In this document: in pieces, positions 57,909-64,000 of the stretch
How the letters are laid out: each line of letters opens with the position of its first letter
How positions within the stretch are numbered: position 1 is the first letter of the stretch
Origin: an uncultured delta proteobacterium
GTDB lineage: Bacteria; Desulfobacterota; Binatia; Binatales; Binataceae
Assembly (NCBI GenBank): GCA_963842085.1
Contig: CAWJET010000001.1
Coordinates: 896,001 to 960,000, forward strand
Length of the DNA stretch: 64,000 bases
Reading direction: 5' to 3'
Program-made: the position numbers and the translations under genes
The notes under the pieces: generated by a model
Databases searched by the model: none
What the model was told of the DNA's origin: nothing
What the model saw: only the letters and a program-made list of their open reading frames with translations

Positions 57909-58904
57909 ATGCCGCGAGACCTTTTCAACCGCGAAATCGATTACCTTCGCATCTCAGTGATCGACCGCTGCAATTTGCGCTGCGTTTATTGCATGCCGCT
58001 GAATGGAATTCGCTTCCTGCCCAAGGCCGATTTGCTTACTCCCGCTGAAATCGAGGCAGTCGTGCAGGCGGCGGTGAGCGTCGGATTCAGAAAGTTCCGC
58101 CTGACCGGCGGCGAACCGACGCTCCGTCTCGACCTGCTCGAAATCGTCGAGCGGATCGCAAGGGTTCCTGGCGTGGGCGATCTTGCCTTGACCACCAACG
58201 CGATACTGATGCGTGAACTGGCGGGTGCGCTCAAAGCCGCGGGCCTCAGCCGGGTCAACGTCCACCTGGACAGCCTCATCCCTGTCACCGTCGAGCGCCA
58301 AATGCGCGGGGCAACCTTTGCCCAGATCTGGCAAGGCATCGAAGCCTGCGAAGCGGCGGGGCTGACACCGATCAAGATCAACGCCGTCGTCACGGCCGGA
58401 TACAACGAGGCCGACGTGGTCGAACTTGCGCGGCTGACGTTGACGCGCGACTGGCACGTGCGGTTCATCGAGCTGATGCCGCTGGGCGGCGGCGAATGCG
58501 CCACGCTCTCAGTGAAGCGCTACGTCTCCAACATCGAAACGCGGCGACGCATAGAGACGGCGCTGGGGCCCCTGTTCGAGTTCGAGGGCGCGAGTTCGTC
58601 GGACGAAGCGCGCAACTTCGGGCTACCAGGCGGCCGCGGCGTCATCGGCTTCATCAGCCCGGTAAGCGAACCGTATTGCGGTACTTGCAACCGGATGCGT
58701 CTTACCGCCGACGGAAAGTTTCATCTTTGCCTGCTCAATGACGACGAACTTGACGTACGTCGCGCGCTGCGTTCGGCGCGGGGAGATGGTCTCGACGAAG
58801 TGGCGCGAATTCTCCTGCGTGCGGTTGAGTTGAAGCCGACCGGCCATCACCTACTCAACGGCCGTTCGACCCGCGAACGTTCGATGTATCAGATCGGTGG
58901 ATAG
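57909..58904 (+). CDS. moaA: GTP 3',8-cyclase MoaA (island copy)
   Basis: 331 aa, colinear with the first moaA; CNLRCVYC, terminal IGG. Confidence 0.94.
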   Translation: MPRDLFNREIDYLRISVIDRCNLRCVYCMPLNGIRFLPKADLLTPAEIEAVVQAAVSVGFRKFRLTGGEPTLRLDLLEIVERIARVPGVGDLALTTNAILMRELAGALKAAGLSRVNVHLDSLIPVTVERQMRGATFAQIWQGIEACEAAGLTPIKINAVVTAGYNEADVVELARLTLTRDWHVRFIELMPLGGGECATLSVKRYVSNIETRRRIETALGPLFEFEGASSSDEARNFGLPGGRGVIGFISPVSEPYCGTCNRMRLTADGKFHLCLLNDDELDVRRALRSARGDGLDEVARILLRAVELKPTGHHLLNGRSTRERSMYQIGG

Positions 58905-58984
58905 CGCGAAGGGAAAATCAACAATCAGCGTTTGCTGCTCAGGCAGGCGAGCGAGAAACAACGTTCAGGTTCATGGAGGTCGCA

Positions 58985-61318
58985 ATGTCAGCTAATCTCC
59001 CCATTTCCGGTCTCGCCAACTCAGATTGGAAGTCCACAGCGTGCATTCTTTGTGAGTGCAACTGCGGTGTCGAAGTTCAACTCGGCGGCAAAGACGGCCG
59101 CCACTTGGTGAAAGTGCGCGGCGACGACGCGCATCCCGCGTCAAAAGGCTATGCCTGCGAGAAGGCCCATCGACTCGATTTCTATCAGAACGGCCCCCAT
59201 CGGCTGACGAAGCCGCTACGTCGGCGCAGTGACGGGAGCTTCGAAGAGATCGAATGGGACATCGCGATCGCGGAAGTGGCGGAACGTTTTTCGGCGCTGC
59301 GCAAAGAGCATGGCGGCGAGACGATCTTCTACTACGGTGGCGGAGGCCAGGGTAACCACTTTCCCGCTGTCTATGGCAACACAACCCGCGCGGCCCTTGG
59401 CTCCGTCCATCGCGCGAACGCGCTTTCCCAGGAGAAGACCGGGGAGTTCTGGGTCGCGACGAAGATGGTTGGGTTCTATACGAGGAGCGACTTCCACAAC
59501 TGCGAGGTCGCCTTTTTCCTTGGAAAGAACCCATGGATGTCCCACAGCATCCCGCAAGCGCGGGTTACGCTGAAGGAGATCGCCAAAGACCCTGCGCGCT
59601 GCCTGATCGTAGTAGACCCTCGCCGCACCGAGAGCGCCGAACTGGCCGATATCCACCTGCAGGTAAAACCCGGCACGGACGCGTGGCTGCTGGCCGCGAT
59701 GCTTGGTGTCTTGGTGCAGGAAAAACTCATTGCCGGCGAGTGGCTGGCTCTGCATGCGAATGGACTCGGCGAGGTAATGCCTCACTTTGCCGACCTGCCG
59801 ATAGCGAAATATTGCGAAGCTTGTGGCGTGCCCGAGGAACTGGCGCGCAAGGCGGCGAGGCGGATAGCGTCGGCCGCGAGTGTGGCCTCTTTCGAGGATC
59901 TCGGCGTGCAGATGAACCGGCATTCCACGCTGGTGTCCTATCTTCACAAGCTGCTGATGCTGCTGACCGGCAATTTCGGAAAGAAAGGATCCTCGTACAT
60001 TCCGACAATGATGGCGCCGTTTACGGTCGGACATGAGGGCGGAGCGGGAACCGAAGTAATATCGTCGGATGACCGACAGGGGGCGGGACTCAAAAAAGGC
60101 ACTCCCGTTACAGGTTCGCGCCTGATCGGAGGTCTAACGCCTTGCAACGTGATTCCGGATGAGATCCTCACGGACCATCCGAAGCGATTTCGCGCGATGC
60201 TGGTCGAGAGCGGCAACCCCGCACACTCGGTGGCAGACGCCGCGCGCATGCGTGAGGCGCTCGCGTCGCTCGAGCTGCTGGTAGTAATCGACGTCGCCTT
60301 CACGGAGACAGCTCGCCTCGCGCATTACGTGCTCCCCGTCGCGAGCCAATTCGAGAAGGCTGAGGCCACGTTCTTCAATTTCGAGTTCCCGGAGAACTAC
60401 TTCCATGTTCGCAAGCCGCTGATGGCGCCATTGCCGGGCCTGTTCTCCGAAGCTGAACTACACTGTCGGGTTCTCGAAGCCCTCGGCGAGTTGTCCGCTG
60501 AACCGATTGCCGCGTTGCGTGCCGCCTGGAAGGAAGGCCGCAAATCTTTCAGGAAGAAGTTCACCGAGCTCGCAATGAGCCATCCTCGCGTGATCGCGCT
60601 CGCGCCAGCTCTGCTATATCGAGCGATAGGCGACCAGCTGCCGGAAGGATTGGCAGAAGCCGCGGGGGTATGGCTGCTATGCCAAAGCGCAGCACAAACC
60701 CAAAGAGCTTCTCTGGCCCGCGCCGGATTCACCGGCGAGCCGGGTGAGGCCGGCGATGCGTTGTTCGATGCGATCCTGGCCGCCAAAAGCGGAGTGGTAT
60801 TCGCGATCGACAATTGGGATGAGTGCTTCGAGCGATTGCGCACGCCCAACCATAAGGTGCAGCTGGCAGTTCCCGAACTGTTCGCGGAACTCGACGCGCT
60901 TGCCACCGCGACCCCGTCGCTTGCGACGACAGAGTTTCCGTTCATGCTCTCTGCCGGCGAACGGCGCTCCTTCACCGCCAACACGATCATCCGCAACCCC
61001 GACTGGCGAAAGAAGGATGCCGGCGGGGCGCTAAACATCAACCCTGAGGACGCCAAGAGCATCGGTGTTGCAGATGGCAAACGCGCGAGGCTCACCACCC
61101 GGCGCGGCAGCGTCGAGGTATTGGTGAATGTCTCTGACCGCATGCAGCGCGGCCACCTCTCCTTGCCAAATGGACTCGGCCTTGACTTTCCTGCAGCAGA
61201 CGGCCGGAGAGTCTCGGCTGGCGTTGGACCCAACGAGCTTACGCGCAGCGAGGATCGGGACTGGGTCGCCGGCACGCCCTGGCATAAGAGCACGCCCGCG
61301 CGGGTGGAGGCTCTATAA
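58985..61318 (+). CDS. Molybdopterin-dependent oxidoreductase (DMSO reductase superfamily)
   Basis: CILCECNCG..CEK Fe-S motif, VVDPRRTE, TETARLAHYVLP. Confidence 0.9.
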   Translation: MSANLPISGLANSDWKSTACILCECNCGVEVQLGGKDGRHLVKVRGDDAHPASKGYACEKAHRLDFYQNGPHRLTKPLRRRSDGSFEEIEWDIAIAEVAERFSALRKEHGGETIFYYGGGGQGNHFPAVYGNTTRAALGSVHRANALSQEKTGEFWVATKMVGFYTRSDFHNCEVAFFLGKNPWMSHSIPQARVTLKEIAKDPARCLIVVDPRRTESAELADIHLQVKPGTDAWLLAAMLGVLVQEKLIAGEWLALHANGLGEVMPHFADLPIAKYCEACGVPEELARKAARRIASAASVASFEDLGVQMNRHSTLVSYLHKLLMLLTGNFGKKGSSYIPTMMAPFTVGHEGGAGTEVISSDDRQGAGLKKGTPVTGSRLIGGLTPCNVIPDEILTDHPKRFRAMLVESGNPAHSVADAARMREALASLELLVVIDVAFTETARLAHYVLPVASQFEKAEATFFNFEFPENYFHVRKPLMAPLPGLFSEAELHCRVLEALGELSAEPIAALRAAWKEGRKSFRKKFTELAMSHPRVIALAPALLYRAIGDQLPEGLAEAAGVWLLCQSAAQTQRASLARAGFTGEPGEAGDALFDAILAAKSGVVFAIDNWDECFERLRTPNHKVQLAVPELFAELDALATATPSLATTEFPFMLSAGERRSFTANTIIRNPDWRKKDAGGALNINPEDAKSIGVADGKRARLTTRRGSVEVLVNVSDRMQRGHLSLPNGLGLDFPAADGRRVSAGVGPNELTRSEDRDWVAGTPWHKSTPARVEAL

Positions 61319-61444
61319 GCGCGCCGCGCCGGCGAGAATGCTCCGCCGAATCCCATAAATGGAGTGGGACCCTCTGGAACCGCTCCATTCGCGACCTTCG
61401 GCAGAGCACCTGAATCGTTAAGCAACCCGGAGGAAGGAAAACCG

Positions 61445-61797
61445 ATGCCTTGGATCGTCCGCGGCTGTGCCTCGATTGCATGGACACCGCTTGCGTATCG
61501 GTATGCCCAGTCGATTGCATCTACAGCTATGCGGGCGGAGACAAAGCAAGTTTCCCCAACCAGCTCTTCATCAATCCTGACGAGTGCATCGACTGCGGCG
61601 CATGCGAGCCAGAGTGTCCCTGGCAGGCAATCTTCGAAGAAGTCGCGGTGCCTCAACAGTTCAAAGATGATGTCACTCTCAACTATATGATGATGGATCG
61701 ATCGTCCCAGTTCGTCGTGCAGAAGCATGAGCCTGAGGACGCTCCGGCGCCGGAGCAGGTAGAGGCGAACAAAGCTAAGTGGGGGTTGACCGCATGA
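61445..61797 (+). pseudogene. Ferredoxin with a 1-bp deletion after codon 5
   Basis: RBS GGAGG, MPWIV, then shifted frame [32 protein letters not shown]. Confidence 0.75.
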
Positions 61798-62720
61798 GGC
61801 TGCGGAAAACGGCGCTCGCGCATCGCGCGAGCGCCGCGACAGCTGAGTGGGAGGCAAGGTCCCTGCCGAGAATGTAATCCGCAGCGTGCTGTGCTTGGGC
61901 GGCGGCGAGAATCACTAAGCGGCGGTCATCACGAAGCCGCTTGAGCCAGCCAGCCACGTATGCGGCCTGATTCGCGATCACCACGTTTGAGATTCCGGCT
62001 TCGGCGCAAAGGTATGCTGCTCCCATCTCCGCTATGAGTTCTTCTTTGGAGTACACAGCGGAACCGAACGCAGTTGCATACGGTTATGCCCTCGCGCGCA
62101 AGCCGCTTCGGATGTCCGCTGCTGTGGGTCAATTCATGCAAAAGCGTTGCGCTGTATTCTTCAGCCGATACGAACAGATTGCGCGGTGGCATGGTCACGC
62201 GATCGGTCATACTGTTGTAAAAAGCCTTCGAGCCTGCGTGCTGAATCTCGGGCGGCTTCGGCATTGCGGCGACTATCCGGTCGGCAGCTTCGATCCGATC
62301 GTGTTCGTGCGTTGCGATCTTCGGGAGTTTGTCGAGCGCGGCTTGCGGAAGCTCGCACTGTTCCAGATTGAAAACGCGATAGTAGCGCAATAAAAATCGC
62401 CGGCCCGATTTCTCGTTTGGCTGGTCGTTGTTGGTGTCTTCCGTCGTCTCTCCGGCGTCATCAACTTTCCAAAAGATGACGATTGTACTTTCCTCGCCCT
62501 TGCGAACGTGACCGCCCAATTCGTTCGCCTGGCGCATCGTCAACCAGAAGGGGGAAACGTACTTCGAGGCCGAGAGCAGAAAGTGATTGACGCCTCGATA
62601 AGGCTTCTTGCTTACGATATTGCGCGGCAGTCCGGTTGAAGTCCACGGCCTGCGCCACGGGACAAACCCCTGTTCAAGTAAATTGATTATCTTCTCGGTG
62701 ACAATTGCATAAACGTCCAT
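61775..62720 (-). pseudogene. ardC: ArdC (DUF1738) antirestriction protein, frameshifted near 62081
   Basis: VPWRRPW, YRGVN, HELTH; EELIAEMGAA lies in another frame. Confidence 0.82.
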
Positions 62721-62797
62721 GGTCGTAATCTCCGAAATTGAAATTGTTGGGTTTGAAGAGAGAGCCGCTTTCGCGGCTCTCTCCTGATCGGTGAAAG

Positions 62798-63178
62798 CTA
62801 GAATGGGATGTCGTCGCCCGCCTGCGCCTTGGGCGCGTTGCCGTTCGCGCGATTCCCAAGCAAGCGCATTTGAAGCGCGATGATTTCGGTGCGGGTGCGC
62901 TTTCCGCTTCCGTCCTTCGCCTCGTACTGGCGGGTTGTCAGCCGTCCCTTGACGTATACCTGGCGTCCCTTGGAAAGCAGGCGCTGGTAGTTGTCCGCGA
63001 GCTTCCCGAAAGCAACGATTCGATGCCATTCGGTGCGTTCCTGCTGCTCGCCGTTCCGATCCTTGAATCGTGCCTTGGTTGCGACTGAGAAATTCGCCAC
63101 GTTCTGCCCTGACGGCAGTGCGCGAACCTCGGGATCACGGCCCAGATTTCCGACCACGATTGCTTTGTTGATAGACAT
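62798..63178 (-). CDS. ssb: Single-stranded DNA-binding protein (mobile-element type)
   Basis: INKAIVVGNLGRDPE, TEWHR, ends DDIPF. Confidence 0.92.
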   Translation of the reverse strand: MSINKAIVVGNLGRDPEVRALPSGQNVANFSVATKARFKDRNGEQQERTEWHRIVAFGKLADNYQRLLSKGRQVYVKGRLTTRQYEAKDGSGKRTRTEIIALQMRLLGNRANGNAPKAQAGDDIPF

Positions 63179-63210
63179 GACACTTACCTCCAATTCCTTT
63201 CGCTGTTTGG

Positions 63211-63420
63211 TTAGAAACCGTCCTCGTCGATCCGGTGGGCGTTGAAATCGCGTTCGGCCGTTTCGCCGTGACCGCAACGAGTGCCGTAAACGGCCTTGTC
63301 GCCGGGGTAGTAGAACGCTCGCTCGCCGGAATTGATTTCCGCCTGGCAATTCGGCTCGGCACATCTCGCCGGATACCGGACGGTGATCCACTTGGGATCG
63401 CACTTGAACCTTCGTCGCAT
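63211..63420 (-). CDS. Small Cys-containing hypothetical protein
   Basis: AAGGAG RBS; DPKWITVRYPARC...C...GERAFYYP. Confidence 0.6.
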   Translation of the reverse strand: MRRRFKCDPKWITVRYPARCAEPNCQAEINSGERAFYYPGDKAVYGTRCGHGETAERDFNAHRIDEDGF

Positions 63421-64000
63421 TGTCGTTTCTCCTTTCCGCCCGCTTCCCGTCATCGGGCAGGGCGTGCTTCGCTTTTGCTTTCATCACCGCGCAACATTTT
63501 CGCGGGGACCTCTCAACCCGAACTGGAGGTCCCTGCGCAGATTTCTAGATGCGCGAGCGGAGCGGGCAGCAGGACGTGCCAGAGATACCGTCTTGCTGAG
63601 CAAGAGGATCGGTATCGTGTTCGCAGAGCGGACCTGGCGCGGCGTGCTAGTGCAGCGAACGCCACCACTTAGAGCGGTGCGAAGCGGAGATACCGTGTGG
63701 TCGATCAAGCGGGAGGGGGCTGCGGGGGAGGGAGTAGAACGCTACGACGGAACCCGACGGTATCTCACAGCGGAGAGCCCGGAAAAACGCCTTATGGGCC
63801 GGTTGGGCCAGAAGGCGTAGGGATTTTGCTGGGGCAGGGCTCTTTGAATCTTGGCGGGTACAGCGCTATATAAGCGCCAACGAGGCGACGCCAGGCGCGT
63901 GGCATGGAAGGAAAACTTGGCCGATTCGGGCCTCGACGTTCGTTTCAAATAAATGTTGTTCGAGATCGATTGAGGCGGGTGCCAGAGGGTTGGTGTTAGC

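Larger units (their letters stand above)
22655..64000. mobile_element. Mosaic genomic island / decayed integrative element, continuing past the window end
   Basis: AT-rich junction at the moaA stop, looser codon usage, terS, serine recombinase, ardC, ssb, many pseudogenes. Confidence 0.75.

Noticed and set aside
21659-58904. Two moaA genes as attL/attR repeats or an assembly duplication
   Set aside because: Both are full length and differ throughout, including different stop codons.
60397-61857. 486-aa minus-strand ORF
   Set aside because: Shadow of the molybdoenzyme and ferredoxin genes; no recognisable motifs.

Overview
GC-rich bacterial chromosomal window. Gene content suggests a soil deltaproteobacterium-like diderm, possibly Binatia (inference only). 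Bases 1-22654 are core genome: rpoC (partial), rpoB, rplL, rplJ, rplA, rplK, nusG, secE, tRNA-Trp, rpmG and a tRNA-Thr/Gly/Tyr/Thr cluster with no tuf, then rlmB, lptFG, metabolic genes and moaA. A mosaic genomic island starts at the moaA stop codon and runs past the window end. It holds a phage-satellite-like remnant (terS, 9-bp iterons), a DUF2924 + large serine recombinase module with tRNA-3'-like ends, many cargo genes and pseudogenes, a STAND-TPR-cyclase, a sulfatase/FadL operon with a micro-inversion, an HxlR-linked redox/molybdoenzyme cluster with a second moaA, and an ardC/ssb leading region. The most unusual signal is a dispersed ~51-bp TGT...ACA palindrome (4 full copies plus remnants). 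It often lies at ACC^GGT-like sites with no consistent target duplication, and once in frame inside a gene. Product calls come from motif recognition, not database searches.
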